This document shows, one piece after another, positions 47,818 through 63,646 of a stretch of 64,000 nucleotides of DNA. The notes under the pieces were generated by a model. The model was not told the DNA's origin. It saw only the letters and a list, made by a program, of their open reading frames with translations, and ran no database searches. Made by a program: the position numbers and the translations under genes. The stretch's first letter is position 1, and the number at the start of each line of letters is the position of its first letter. This stretch comes from Mobula birostris (taxonomy: Eukaryota): contig NC_092383.1 in assembly GCF_030028105.1 (NCBI RefSeq), positions 86,819,921 through 86,883,920 of the forward strand. Direction: 5' to 3'.

Positions 47818-50176
47818 AGACTACACTAGTATTGACTGCTGGAATTTTGCACCAAGATAAAATAATCATAGTTCTTCCTTCTTGTGCAACTTGTATAATT
47901 TGTGAAGAGTTAACCTCTCATCATTAAATTGTTAACTTCATGAAGGTGAAAAAGTAATGTTACCATACTTCAGGACAGTGACTTCTTTTTCAGCATTCTA
48001 TTTCCAACATGTCAATCTCACTGATCTCAGTATGATTTTTTTTGTTGTCACATCAACAAATTTTAACCCTATCGTGGCTGTGAACTGATTGAGACCATTT
48101 TACTCTATTAAACTCTCCTCTATGGTTTCACACGTTAGAGGTCAGTGCTGTTGTATATTCTAATAATTAATAATCAGTTAAAATACTTGTTTATAAGCTG
48201 CTGTTGTTAATAAGTGGTTTATCCTTTTGGTTTAGTTGAGAATGAAAATTCATACATGGCAAACAGATTACATTCAGGCTCCTGAGTTTTCCTGAGGGAG
48301 TCAAGACCATAAGGCCATAAACATAGGTTCAGTGTTAGGCCATTTGGCCTGTTAAGTTTGCTTCAAGGGTACATGGCTGAATTGAAGAGAATGTCTGAGC
48401 ATTGTCAGTTTGATAATGTGATTAATGATGCACTGAGAGGTTGTTTAGTTTGTGGAATCTTACAAGAAAACATTCAAAAATGACTCCTAACTGAATCATA
48501 TCTACATCCAAAAGAGCAGTGGAAATTGGTGTTTCATTAGAAACCACAGAAAGAGATGCAATTGAATTGTAGTTAGGAATGAAAGTGAATGTGAACAAAT
48601 TTCAATTTCTGAACCAAAACCAGCCATGCCAAACAAATATTGTGTTACTGTTGTGTCAGGGGCTCACATTCACCAAACAAATTCTGGTTTAAAGGTGAAA
48701 CTTGAAGAAAGTGCAACAAAGCAGGACACATACAAAGAGCATATCAGGCAGAGAAACAAATAAATGGACAGTACAAGGAAGAGAAAAAGTTAAAAAGTCA
48801 AGTTGCTGCTTCAGAAGAACACTAATCTACATGCTGTAGATGAAAAATCTGATAATGATGAGATGACACAGGACTATGTAGCCTAAGGAGTTACAGTGTA
48901 AAAATTAACAATAGACAAGCAATATGGCTTACGCCAGAAATAAATGGGGCAACTAATTAAAATGGAATTGGACACTGGGTTCAGCTGTTTCAGTCTTTCA
49001 GTCATTCCACAAAATGAGTTTGAACAGCATTTCAAAGTTTCCTAAGGTCTGCAGGTACTCAGCTAAGAACTTATCCTGGAGAAAAGAAAACTCCTGTAGG
49101 AATAACATTTGTAACTGTGAAATACAACAAACAACAAGCCACATTGAGCTTACACGTGCTAACAATAGAAGGACCAGCATTGTGGAGACATCCTTGGCTG
49201 AGACAACTTCTACTTGATTGGAGACCCGTAAAATAATTTGCACGCCATATCCCCTGTGATGAAGCCAACTGAAAACACATTAAGAAAGGTACTGGATGAT
49301 GCCACAATGGTCTCCATGACAAACAACATGAACCATTGCCCAAAAGAGGACTAAGGGGTGTTGGTGCCAATATCTGTACTTCTGGTTGGAAAGCATATTG
49401 GACCAGGGAAGGAGCATGCTGATCAGAGGAAGTGTGAAAGTCACGAAAACACTGGTCCATTTACAACAGTTTTTGTGGGCAATATTTCAAAAGAAAGCTT
49501 CTGGCATATTAGTCAGGCAGTTATGTGTAAAATACGGCTAGGTCTTAAGCTGTAAGAGAATTCAAGGAGCTTCAGGAAAGTTGCAAGTATTCAGCTTTTG
49601 TGAGTATGAAGAACCAGAACCTACTCTGCATGCATTATGCTTATTACATGAATTTCAAGTGGAAGACAAAAAGCGTCGTAAAAATAGAAGCAAAGACCAA
49701 AGCTCAGCTGGATTAATGGAAGGTCAAAAGGAAAGGAGTCAATGAGAAGTCGAAAGCAGACGTTTCGTCAGATGATGATGTGGATGAGGAAACCAAGAGG
49801 AGAGATCAGATCATAAAGGGAGAACTAGAAGGATTAATAAGAGAATACTCCAATTAACCAACTGCATCTTCCCAAGACCAAAATGCATAAACAAGAGAAA
49901 GAAAGGGGAAGGAGAAGCAAAGTGTCCAGAGCTGTCAGAACCACTTCCTGCAGTCTTAGCGTCAGCTCCTACAGCCGCCACACAGGAGGCCCCAGAACCT
50001 GAGATAGTTTCTCAGCCACATCTTACCTGCCAAGCAGAGTGATCCCCCTTGTCAGTCAAGGTGTTACCCCACAAGAGCATGAAATCCTCCACAGTGATTA
50101 AATCTTGAGGCCTGCATGGGACAATTTTAAAATTTACCATGCTGTGGATGTCTGCATATATTAGTTGTATGATATA

Positions 50177-51640
<1,464 letters not shown>

Positions 51641-51789
51641 TAGTATACTGTGTATATAGTTGAGATGCATTCTATATTGAGTTGAAGTTTACAGCTAAGC
51701 AGGAAGGAGTGTTGTGTATTTAATATTTCAGTAATATTTGAATAATATTGTAAATATTGTTTGAGTAAGCACGCTTGTTTGTTTAAATA

Positions 51790-53022
51790 CAGTCGACCTT
51801 CACTAATCCAACTACCTGTAATCCGGTTCCTTTGATAATCCAGCACTGATTTCAAATTTTCTGCACAACTGTAATTTCAAATTTCCCGGGCCACCGTACC
51901 AATCTGCTGCGCATTGTTGTGGTTGCGCTAGAACTGTTCACGTGTTGGTGTGCTCTTGTAAGCAGAGACAGATGATTCCTGCTTGTTTTCCTGCTTTTAT
52001 CAATATCATTGGCCCTTTTCTAGCCCCAATTATGTCCCCAATCAATAAAGAAAATGCACCTCATGCTATGAAGTGAAAACACCGCACATTATCATTTGAA
52101 GGTAAGATTGAACTCTTGAAAAATCTGGACTGTGGTGTATCGGTGAAAAGCTTGTGCGAGTGTTTCAACATTGGCTCTTCCACAGTGTACGATATAAAGA
52201 AACAGAAAGAAAAACTGCTACGTATTTTTGCTGATAGTGGCTCAAAGAAACAGATGCGCATAAGAAAAACACTGAAAGACAGAAGAAGTTCGGAACTAGA
52301 TAAAGTGCTGATAATGTGGTTTAATCTTTGTGTAAGTGAAGGTGTTGAACTATCTGAAGATATGGTGATGGAACATACAAAACTGTTTCATGAAGAACTA
52401 GGACTAGATTATGAGTGTAACTATAGTGAAGGCTGGCTTCAGCAGTTCAAGCAGCGTCAGGGCGTACAGTCTTGTGCAGTGTGTGGTGACAAGAAAGCAG
52501 CAGCAGAGTTTGTTGACGAGTTCGCCAAGTTGCTCTCCGATGAAAAATTAAGCCCCGAGCAGGGGTATAATGCCGATGAGACTGCTTTGTATTGGAGATG
52601 TACACCAAGAAGAACACTAACAAGAGCAGATGCACAATCACCAACAGGGTATAAGGCAATTTGCTGTAATTCACCATGCTAACAAAATGCTGATGATCCT
52701 GATGACCCCACACTTGCAGACATGTAACTTTGCCTGAAGGTATATTAAACATCTGACTTTAGAAGTGGAAGTGCTCAACTTCTCTGTACAAGTTAATTCC
52801 TGTACATTTACCTGTACCTTTTATTTTAACTGTGCATGTACAGTATTACTTTATTAAAATTTCACTTGCTACTCATTTAATATTTGTTTCATTATTTAAC
52901 GTACTGATTTACATGATATTTTAAAGGTATAATGAGGCAGTCAGCTATTGCTTAATGTGATCCTTCTGTAATTCGCCATTTTCACTAATCCAGCACTCCG
53001 GATACAGGTGAAGGTCGACCTG
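51790..53022 (+). mobile_element. Tigger/pogo DNA transposon with internal deletion
   Basis: TIRs cagtcgaccttcac / gtgaaggtcgacctg with TA TSD. ORF 52116-52682 (frame starts at 52032 with a TGA at 52074) encodes CENP-B-like HTH domains and YNADETALYW; most of the DDE domain is missing. Confidence 0.9.
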
Positions 53023-53719
53023 TAACTCATTCCAGTTTATAAGCAAAGACTTGAATTGCATATGTCACAATACTATCACTTAAAGTAAAAATACAAAATA
53101 AGATTCACATTTCTCAGCTCTCTTGTTTTCCTTTGAATTCATTTATTGTTTTGAACTACAAACCATAACAGGGACCATTCATTGATCTCAGTTTCAGGTC
53201 AGGGACCCCTCCTCAGATCTGGGTTAAAAGTGGAAGAGTGACAGTTTAGGAAGCAGATCTGGTGGGAGGAATGATGTGTCAGATAAAAGACTATTTAGGC
53301 ACAGGCTACCTACATTAAGAAAAAAATGAAGTATTCTAAAGGAAAGATGGCACAATCATGACTAACAAGAGTGTGATTACTGACCTTTCATAACATACTT
53401 TGTAGGAGGGAAGAGAGAAAGAGACACGGCATCAACATTTCCAGTCACGGTACAGAGGTCTTAAAGGAGAACAAGGAATGGAAATAAAAGTTGGGTGCTG
53501 AACAAGATGAGTGAGCTGCAAATTACTGCAACTTGCATTGGTCATCAGGACATGAATCTGCAAATACAAGGTGTAACTTTTCTCAGTACTGATCTGTGAC
53601 TGTAACCCATGAATGGACAATAAAGGGTCTTGAAAATGCATTATTATCATTATAATCAGGGTAGTATATGGTGACTTACTGCACTTTGAATATCAATTTA
53701 ATTTGAATTTTGAACTTTG

Positions 53720-55885
53720 AAATGCCTCATTGACAGATGGGTACCTAAAGTCAGATGTATCAGCTTTATAGTGGAGTAAATGGAATTAGAGGTATGAAAG
53801 AGGAATTGGCCAGAATTGATTGGAAAAGATATTGTCAGGTATGACAGTAGAGCAGCAATGGCTGAAATTTCTAGAAGCAATTCACATGGTACAGTATATT
53901 TACATACCAAAAAAAGAAGAGGTATTCTAAAGGAAAGAAGACACACACATGACTAACAAGAGAAGTCAAAGCCAACATAAAACCTCAGGAGAGGGTATAT
54001 AATAGAGCAAAGATCAGTGGGAAGTTGGAGGATAGGTAAGCTTTTAAAAACCAACAGAAGGCTACTAAAGTCGTCATTAAAAAGGTAAAGATGGAACACG
54101 AAAGTAAGCTAGTCAATAATATTAAAGAGGACACTAAAAGTTTCTACAGATACATAAAATGTAAAAGAGATGCAAGAGTAGATATAGGAATGCTGGAGAG
54201 GTAGAAATAGGGGACATAGAAATAGCAGATGAACTGAATAAGTATTTTGTATCAGTCTTCACTGTAGAAGGCACTGGAAATATACTAGAAGTTCCAGGTG
54301 TCAGAGAGTATGAAGTTAACATAACTAGAGGGAAAGTTCTTGAGAAAGTGAAAGGTCTGAAGACAGATAAGTCACCTGGACCAGATGGTATACAACCCAG
54401 GGTTCTTAAAGAGGTGTCTGAAGAGATCATGGAGGCATTAGTAATGATCTTTCAAGAATCACTAGATTCTGCAATGGTTCCGGAAGACTGGAAAGTTGCA
54501 AATGTCACTCCACTCTTCAAGAAGGAAGAGAGGAGAAGAAAAGAAGCTGTCAGCCAGTTAGTCTGACTTCAGTGGTTGGGAAGATGTTGGAGCCAACTAT
54601 TAAGGATGAGGTCTCAGGGTACTTGGAGGCACATGTAAAAGCAGGGAATAGTCAGCACGGTTTCCTCAAGGAAAAATCTTACCTGACAAATGTGTTGGAA
54701 TTCTTTGAAGATGTAACAAGCAGAATAGACAAAGGAGAGTGGGTTAATGCTGTGTACTTGTATTTTCAGAAGACCTTTGACAAGTGCCACACATGAGGGT
54801 GCTTAACAAGCTATGAGCCCATGGTGTTATGATAAAAATCTCACATGGATAAAGTAGTGATTCGCAGAAAGCGAAGAGTGGGAAAAGTGAGCCTTTTCTG
54901 GCTGGTTGCTGGTGACTAGTGGTGTTCCACAAGGTCCTGTGTTGGGATTCTTTTTACATCATATGTTAATGATTTGGATGGTGGAATTGATGGCTTTGTC
55001 ACAAAGTTCACAGATGGTGTGAAGATAGCTGGAGGATCAGGTAGTGTTGAGGGAGTAGAAAGGCTAAAGGACTTAAACAGATTCAGAGAATGGGTGAAGA
55101 AATGGCAGATGGAATAATGTGCTGGGGAGTGTATGGTCATGCACTTTGGTAGAAGAAATGAAAAGGTTAACTATTTTCTAAGTGGAGAGAAAATACAAAA
55201 ATCTGAGACACAAAGGGACTTGGGAGTCCTTGGTCAGCATTCTCTAAAGATTAATTTGTAGGTTGAGTCGTGGTGGAGGGGGAAAATTCAATGTTAGCGT
55301 TCATATCAAGAGGATTAGAACTTAAAAGCAAGGATGTAATGTTGAAAATTTATAAAGCAGTGATGAGGCCTCACTTGGAGTATTGAGAGCAGGTTTGGGC
55401 ACCTTATCTTAGAAAGGATGTGCTGAAACTGGAGTGGGTTCAAAGCAGGTTCACAAAAACGATTCCAGGATTGAATGGGTTGTCATATGAAGAGTATCTG
55501 ATGGCTCTGGACCTGTATTCATTAGAATTCAGAAGAATGAGAAATGACCTAATTGAAAGCTATTGAATAGTGAAAGACCTCGATAAAGTAGATGTGAAGA
55601 GGATATTTCCTATGGTGAGAGAGTCATAGACTAGTGGGCACAGCCTCAGAAAATAGGTGAGGAGGAATATCCTTTGACAGAGGTTGGTGAATCTGTGGCA
55701 GCCAAGTCTTTATATTTAAGGCAGAGGTTGATAGATTTTTGATTGTTCAGGGCATGAAGGGATACAGGGAGAAGGCAGGAGATTGGGGCTGAGAAGAAAA
55801 TTGGGATCAGACATGATGAAATAACAGAGCAGTTTCAATGGGCCAAATAGCCTAATTCTGTTCCTATATCTTATGGTCTTATAGA
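53720..55885 (+). mobile_element. degenerate CR1 LINE (RT region to tail)
   Basis: ORFs 54348-54566 and 54572-54796 (DKSPGPDGIQPRVLKE, QHGFLKEKSYLTN); absent from the paralogous X copy at about 24950. Confidence 0.85.
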
Positions 55886-57729
55886 ATATGGCATGATAAT
55901 CTTCACCTGCTCTGTGAGGATGTGAAGCAGTAACACCAGAGTCTGTTTGGAACTCTTGACCCCTTCAGCTCAGGGTTATCTGATGGGTGTTGATTAGCTG
56001 CACATAATTCCAGATCCCACTTGTGAATCTGGACCTGTTAAATCTGAGCTCGTTAATGGTCTGAGGGAAAGAACTTGCTTTGTGATATTTCTGCCGCAAA
56101 ACAGAAAATTTTACCTCAGAAGAGAGTGAAAATAAACCTGCTTCTAATTCAGAAAGGGACCCTTTCCCTTTCTGAGGACATCCCAAAGCAATTCCCAAAG
56201 GATATGACTGGAACGTGTGTTCTCTTTACTTTTCGTAGAAAACGTAATTTAGGGAAGAAAAAATGAATGTCTCATGTAAACAAATTGTTCCATCCTCTCT
56301 TCCTGCATTATTCCATCACTTAAGACCAGAAGACCATAGTACAAAAAGACACAGAAACAGAATTAGGCCATTCAGCCCATTCATTCTGCCCCACTATTCT
56401 CTAATGGCTGATTTATTATCCTCAACCACATCTGCCTCGTAATGTTTGACACCTTCACTGATCAAAAACCTATCAAACTCGGTTTTAAATATACCCAATG
56501 ATTTGGCCTCCACAGTCATCTGTAGCAAAGAATTCTATGATTCACTACCCTCTGGCTAAAGAAATTCCTCTTCATCTCTGTTCTAAAAGAATGTCCTTGC
56601 ATTCTGAGGCTGTGCCTACCAGTCTGGAACTCCTGTGTTGTAGGAAACATCCTCTCCACATGAACACCATTTAGTTTCTAGGCCCTTCACTATTGAAGAG
56701 GTTTCAATGATAAGTCCCCTCATTCTTCTAAACTCCAGTGAGTTCAGGCCCAGACCATCAAACACTCTTCATACATTAACCCTTTCATTCCTGGGACCCT
56801 CTCCAATTACAGTACATCCTTTAATACATAAGAGGCCTAAAATTGTTGGCCATATTCCAACTGTAGTCTGACTAATGCCTTATACAAGCCTCACTTCTTA
56901 GATAGCTACTCAATAACCAAATGGAAAATGTTTTACAATCCCACTGTTACATTTACAGGCACACACAGGATTGGGATCAGGTTTAAACGCAATGGTTAAA
57001 TGCCCTTTTTACTTTTCTTCACAGAATTGTTATTGACGTTCAGCGATCTGGTTGGTGAAACAAAAAAAGTTTTGCTGAAGATGTTTTGTATCTCTGCACT
57101 TGTTCTCATCAGCATATTGCACCATGGTTATTGAGAAGTTTTCCAAGAAGCATTGGGCAATGTAGGAAGAGACCAGAACAATAGGTCAATGTGTAGCATC
57201 CATTGGTACTTCTCTATATTCTGTTTAGTAAAACAAGTAAAGAAAAGAGAAGTTCAAACCACATCCTTCGCTGAGGGTGAACTTTACACGGAAGCCAGCA
57301 ATAACTGATGCAATAGATACAACACATACTACACAATGTACAAAATTTTAGCAGATATACATTCACGGCTAATATACTGCACTGTTTTCCCCTAAAACAA
57401 ATTTAACAAACCTAAAGTAACAAAAGCTCTCTGTGTATACTGAATTATTTTATCATTTACCTACATTTGTATTTATATACAATGTGAAATTAAGTGCTTA
57501 TAAACAATTGCAAAGTCAGCAACTAAAATTCAGGACGATATAAATTAGCCACATTCTTGGATCACCTCAACCCTCGCACTACAATGAAATGAAAACAACA
57601 CACAAAATGCTGGAGAAACTCAGCAGGTTGGGCAGCTTCTACGGAAATTAATAGATAGTTGAGGTTTTGGAGCCCTGAAGCTAATTCTAATCTCATACAG
57701 TATGTCGGTGATAGAAACCTGATTCTGTG

Positions 57730-59340
57730 TTACTTCTCCAATACGTGTGACACATAAGAATTGTTATCCCTTGTACTGAAGCTCTCTTCAGACCTCATCT
57801 GCCCCAGGGAATTACACAGCATGAATCACACTTCGACTAACTTTGCAAGATCTAACCACGATCACAGGTATATTGGGAAACTAGCAATGGGGAAGATGAG
57901 CTAAGGTATGCAGGGTCAAGGGTCAGAGCAACCATGGGGGTGAGATAGGTCAGATAGAAATGTCTTCACCTTGGACAAGTGTGAACTGTTCATTTACTGT
58001 ACCCTATGACTCTATGAGAAATAGAAATAGCAGGGGTTGTCTACTCACATAGACCATTTCCTGTCAAAATGTTGATTTAGTTTCAGAACACACCTGACAT
58101 GGATTTTACCCATCGTGACTGTGTAATCCCATTCAGTAGCTTTTCCCCTGACATCTAACTGAAGCAAAGTGAAATCCTGTCAAAGCTCTTGAAATTGCCT
58201 CAACAAGTGGAATAATTCTCAGAAGAGGTGAGCTTTCAAGGTTCCTTCAAAGAGCGGAATCAGCCTTCAGAGAGATGGAATGAGGCCAAGCATGTATGCT
58301 GAGTTTGCATGAAAAGCCTCTACACTTATCTCCTACTTTGCTCCCTCCTCAGTAGCAAGTTCCCAAAAACAGGTTTGATGGAAATATCACAACACACACA
58401 CAAAAGCTAGAAGAACTTATCAGACCAGGCAGAATCTATGGAATAGAGTAAACAGTTGACTTTTCAGGCCAAGACCTTCCAGCTTAATGTGAAAAAGACT
58501 AAGGAGCTGGTGGTAGACCTGAGGAGAGCTAAGGTACTAGTGATCCCTGTTTCCATCCAGGGGGTCAGTGTGGACATGGTGGAGGATTACAAATACCTGG
58601 GGATACGAATTGACAATAAACTGGACTGGTCAAAGAACACTGAGGCTGTCTACAAGAAGGGTCAGAACCGTCTCTATTTCCTGTGAAGACTGAGGTCCTT
58701 TAACATCTGCCGGACGATGCTGAGGATGTTCTACGAGTCTGTGGTGGCCAGTGCTATCATGTTTGCTGTTGTGTGCTGGGGCAGCAGGCTGAGGGTGGCA
58801 GACACCAACAGAATCAACAAGCTCATTTGTAAGGCCAGTGTGTTGTTGGGATGGAACTGGACTCTCTCACGGTGGTGTCTGAAAAGAGGATGCTATCTAA
58901 GTTGCATCCCATCTTGGTCAATGTCTCCCATCCACTACATAATGTACTGGGTGGGCACAGGAGTACATTCAGCCAGAGACTCATTCCACTGAGATGCAGC
59001 ACTGAGCGTCATAGGAAATCATTCCTGCCTGCAGCCATCAAACTTTACAACTCCTCCCTTGGAGGGTCAGACACCCTGAGCCAATAGGCTGGTCCTGGAC
59101 TTATTTCATAATTTACTGGCATAATTTACGTATTACTATTTAACTATTTATGGTTCTATTATTACTTATGGAGCAACTGTAACAAAAACCAATTTCCCCC
59201 AGATCAATAAAGTATGACTATGACTATCAAGTCTCATGTCATGTCTTTCTCGTGTCTCGTATTTGACTGAATTATCACCAAGGTCCAGAATGATGTACGG
59301 GTCTTGGAGTGCAAGTCCTAAACTCCCCGAGATTTGGAAC
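57730..59340 (+). repeat. segmental duplication block Y, paralogous to about 15200-19750 and partly to 5500-5715
   Basis: Matches such as agaccatttcctgtcaaaatg (about 58052 and 19154) and gactgaattatcaccaagg (about 59265 and 19613). Confidence 0.8.
58480..59227 (+). mobile_element. Rex1/Babar-like LINE 3' portion (second family)
   Basis: ORFs 58456-58686, 58717-58992 and 58851-59087; tail caataaagtatgactatgactat. Confidence 0.85.
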
Positions 59341-59869
59341 AGAGAGGGATGGTAAAGAGGACAAGCATTGAGCATTCAAGAATTCATGTTGCGGAAGAGA
59401 GTCACCAGATTGGTCCCTGTATTAGAGGACCAAAAGACCAAAAGGCATAGGTGCAAAATTAGGCCCTCTCAACCCCATTCACCTGCCTTCTCCCCATAAC
59501 CTTTGACACCTTCAATAATCAAGAACCGATCAACCTCCATTTTAAATATATCCAATGACTTGGTCTCCACAGCCATCTGTGGTAGTGAATTCATGGATTC
59601 GCCGCCCTATGTCTGAAGAAATTCCTCCTCAACTCTGTTCTAAAGGAATATCCTCGTGTTCTGAGGCTGTGCCCACTGGTTGTAGACTCCCCTACTACAG
59701 GAAACATCCTCTGCACATACACATCTAAGTCTTTCAATATTTAATAGGTTTCAATAAGATCTCCACCTGGTCCTTCAAATCTCCAGTGAGTACAGACTCA
59801 GAACCATCAAATGCTCCTGTTGGTTGGGCTAGGGGTGACATAACTTTCTACTCACACTCACAACTACAC

Positions 59870-60075
59870 TCAAAGGTTGCAAGGGTACATTTAATGTCAG
59901 AGAAATGTGTATAATATACATCCTGAAACACTTTTTCTTCGCAAACATCCACGAAAACAGTGGAGTGCCCCGAAGAATGAATGACAGCTAAATACTGGAA
60001 ACCCACAGCACTCCCCCCCACAGCGCCCCCCCACCCACGCATAAGCAGCAGCAAAGCAACAACCCCCCCACCCAC

Positions 60076-60112
<37 letters not shown>

Positions 60113-60767
60113 CGGCACCTCCCCACCGAGCACTCAACTGTACAGCAAAGTATCCATAAGGACAGAGGCTTGCAGTACCCCAAAGACTACTCGTTCAATC
60201 AGTAATTCGACATACCATAGGCTCTCTCTCTCTCTCTCTCTCCCTCCCTAATAAGGGGAAAAGAGGTGTCCCCGTTTCACAGCGAGAGGGGAGACATAAC
60301 AAACAACTCGCTGATTTACGATGTTAAAAGTTTGTTGCGTCACTTTTTCTGAGCTCTGTGCCCAAAGAACTCGGGTCTCTGGACACACAGGCAGCAGCCA
60401 ATTCACTGCTTTCGATCTTCCGTGTGATCCCACTACACGTCAGGCAGTGGCACCGACCCTGAGTCCACTCACCTCTGGAGCCATGAAATCCCAGAACCCT
60501 GAAGGTGCGCTAATCTTCTAGGCCGCATCCTTGGCATATTAAATAGCGGCCAATCGTGAGATCCCGAGAGCAGGTTGCATTTCTGCAAAGGACCGAAGCC
60601 TGCGTGTAACTCCAGATCAGGGTCTTCAAAAGAACCCTGAAAGGGGAAAATAGAAGTATTCTATTAAATAGAGCTGTTTAATAGAGCTGTTAAATAGAAG
60701 TATTAAATAGAGCTGTTTCTGAAGATGCAAGTAAAAGAGTCACCGTTAGGCGCCATCAGCTCCTCGG
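59870..60767 (-). mobile_element. non-autonomous retroelement inserted in the unit C upstream region
   Basis: Same family as 22510-23330; the flanks rejoin to match the uninterrupted B sequence at about 27645-27665. Confidence 0.75.
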
Positions 60768-61193
60768 CTCCACATAGGCTCTTTTGCTTTCTACCATTAA
60801 CTATTCAACATGACTCACCACGGCTAACATGTTAAATCAAGCAAAAAATAGAAGATCTGGAAGAATCAGGTGGGATCTGCAGAGGCAGAGCAGTCAACAT
60901 TACAGATTAATCCCTGCTTCCTCGAACCATTTACTGCGGCTTCAGATTAGAACACTTGCTGTCGTGTCCAATATTTTAATTCTTCTCACCATTTTGTTCA
61001 GTCTGGGAAATATTTAAATATTCCTGTCTTGCTAAATATAACTGACAGCCTTTCAGATGTCACACACCACACACCAATTGTGTCACCCTTTGTTTTTTTG
61101 ATCAAACTTCCTGCTGCCTTCTTCCTCATTTTTATTTCAGTTATTTCTCGCTGAGGACAGATAGGTCGTGGCTGTTTCTCTGTGAATAAAAAG

Positions 61194-61230
61194 ATGTGGT
61201 CTTCGATTCTTCTGACTGGTTTTCTATCCG
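61194..61230 (+). CDS. Unit C exon: signal peptide MWSSILLTGFLS(G)
   Basis: ATG, hydrophobic peptide and phase-1 donor g|gtgagt; flanks homologous to the unit B leader. Confidence 0.85.
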
Positions 61231-62291
61231 GTGAGTAACAAGCTGCACTGGGTACTTCCATAATCAGTGTTGGTTTGGGGGTCAGACACCATTTTCAGAA
61301 CAGTACTTGAATATCTGTAGACACTAAAGATGTCGGAAACTGGAGTTCAGAGTGCACTCCTGGAGGAATTCAACGGAACAAGCAGCATCTGTCAGATGGA
61401 GAGGAAATATTAATGGTTTGGGTTGAGACTCTGCTTCAAGTGTGAGTGGAGAGGAAGAGGATGTAAACAGAAGAGAGGGAGGCGTGAGACTGGGTCCACT
61501 AGGTGGTTGGGGACTGAGGAGGGGTGAAGCACGACAGTCAAATGGAAAGGGGTGGGGTTTGGACATGGGTGAGAAATGAAAGCAGATAAGGAGAAAAGGG
61601 GGAATAGTGTGTAGAAAGGTGGGGGGTGGGGGGAGAAAACATCCAGCTGGAGAAATTTCCTGCAGGCTGTTAAGCCGGAACATCGGGTCTACCATTGGTG
61701 GAATCTGCAGGAATCACTACAACAATCGGCATTATTGTGTTGACAGCAGTGTCTTCCCTGGGCCATTTCAGTGGGGCAATTAGTAAAGAACATTACTAGA
61801 TCTGGAGTCAAAGGTAAACCAGGGTGGGTGGGGAGGAGAGATTTCTGTCCTGAAAGGCCTTTCCGATCCAAATGGGATTTTGACATTCCAGTAGTTGAAC
61901 TTTATCATTATTGATATGTGATTTTTGTATTCCAGACATAAATAATTCATTGGATTTAAACTCTCAATGTATCTTTACAGAAACTGAAGTCACACCTGGA
62001 TTTCTAGACACTAAAGTGGTAATGACTACTGTTGCACCACTTTCCAACTACACATAGAAATACTGGTCAGGTACAAAATATAAAATTTCCATCATAACCA
62101 GAGGGCACTGTTTCAGACATCATGAGGGGTTTCTTTCTGCAGTTTATAAACTTGTCTGTAAGTGAGGAGGAAGTCAGGTCGTTGGCATCATGGAGAGAAT
62201 TGAAACATAACCTCAAATGATCCTACCAACCCCCGACTCAACCCCGAAGTTCCCCAGAATCCGAAACATACACACAAATCCCAAATAAATT

Positions 62292-62973
62292 TTGGGAGGA
62301 GGAGAATATGGCAGCACGACGCAGCGCGCAGCGGCCACTCCGGTGAATGATATCTGTTATCTGTCAAGTAGGGTGCCATGCACAATCCTGATTTGATAGA
62401 GACAGACATGAGAGCACGCAGTCAAATCTGGAGAAACTTCTGAAATGCCTGCTTCGCTGCCGCTGCTACTGTGTGATCCAGAATCTCCGGAGAAGGCTCT
62501 GAGTCCTCGGCTTTGCTTGTTGCTCGGCAGCCAGGGTGGGTTTAAGGCGCTCGGCAGAGGATGATGCTCGGGAGGCTGTATCGGAGGGGCTGGTGGGAGG
62601 CTCGAAGTTTTCGGACGGACTCAGAGTCGGCTGTGGTCGGGTGTTTCCAATGCATCGGCAGTTGTTGGCGCCTGGAGGTTTATGATAGGGAGAGTTTCTC
62701 CCTTTTGCCGCCTGCTATCAGGACTATCGGAAGTTGATCGGAACTTTGAGACTTTTTTTTACCGTTCCCACGGTCTGCTCTTTATCAAATTATGGTATTG
62801 TTTTGCACTGCTGTAACTATACATTATAATTATGTGGTCTTGTCAGAGTTAGTCTTTGGTTTGTCTTGTTTTTGTGATATCACTCTGGAGGAACATTGTA
62901 TCATTTCTTAATGCATGCATTTCTAAATGAAAATAAACCAGGACTGAGTGTCCTCATAATCTAAAATCTAAGC
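62292..62973 (+). mobile_element. 682-bp non-autonomous retroelement in unit C intron 1
   Basis: TSD taaatt (62286-62291, 62974-62979); aatcta-repeat 3' end; site is empty in A (about 9885) and B (about 29205). Confidence 0.75.
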
Positions 62974-63089
62974 TAAATTAGCTGGGATCTTTGTGTACAT
63001 CTGAGGTAACTGCAAGTTCAAAACTGCGGCTCTCCCTCAGTACTGCACTAGAAGGTCGGCCCTGGGTTTCTGCTTAGGACTCTGGAGTA

Positions 63090-63228
63090 TGATAACCCTT
63101 TCATTCCTGGAATCATCCTTGTGAACCTCCTCTGAACCCTCTGCAAAGTCAACTCATCTTTTCTGAGACGAGGAATCCAAAATTGTTCACATCAAGGTGA
63201 GGCCTCTCCAGTGCCTCAAAGCTTCACC
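63090..63228 (-). mobile_element. CR1 fragment at the unit C rearrangement junction
   Basis: Reverse complement resembles ..RKDELTLQRVQRRFTRMIPGMKG. Confidence 0.7.
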
Positions 63229-63403
63229 ACATTGGGTGTTAGAGCATCTTTTTTTAGTCAGTTCTATTGATTTTCTTCTCGTTTGTGGCTGACTGTAAGG
63301 AGGCGAATCTCAAGATTGTATATAACATATTTGATAATAAGTGTATTTTGAACTTTGAAATCTGAAATCAAAGTGCAGTCTGATTGGTGGTGACCCCATA
63401 AGC

Positions 63404-63646
63404 TTGAGGAAAATCTTTTTCCACACAGTTGTGGTTTTGTGGAATGCTCTGCCTCAGAGGGCAGTGGAGGCCAATTCTCTGGATGCTTTCAAGAAAGAAA
63501 TAGACAGAGCTCTTAAAGACAGCAGAGTCAAGGGATATGGGGAGAAGGCAGGAACGAGGTACTGATTGTGGATGATCAGCCATGATCACAGTGATGGCAG
63601 TGCTGGCTCAAAGGGCCAAATAGCCTACTCCTGCACCTACTGTCTA
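63404..63646 (+). mobile_element. CR1 3' end insertion
   Basis: CR1 tail flanked by ataagc on both sides; the paralogous B site at about 35860 is empty. Confidence 0.7.

Noticed and set aside
52116-52682. Domesticated TIGD/Jerky-like host gene
   Set aside because: Flanked by TIRs and TA TSD, has an upstream in-frame stop, and most of the DDE domain is deleted: a transposon relic.
57025-57134. Hydrophobic frame after a cag acceptor as a second TM exon
   Set aside because: The paralogous copy near 26125 lacks the AG and has an early stop; the phase does not fit the gene model.
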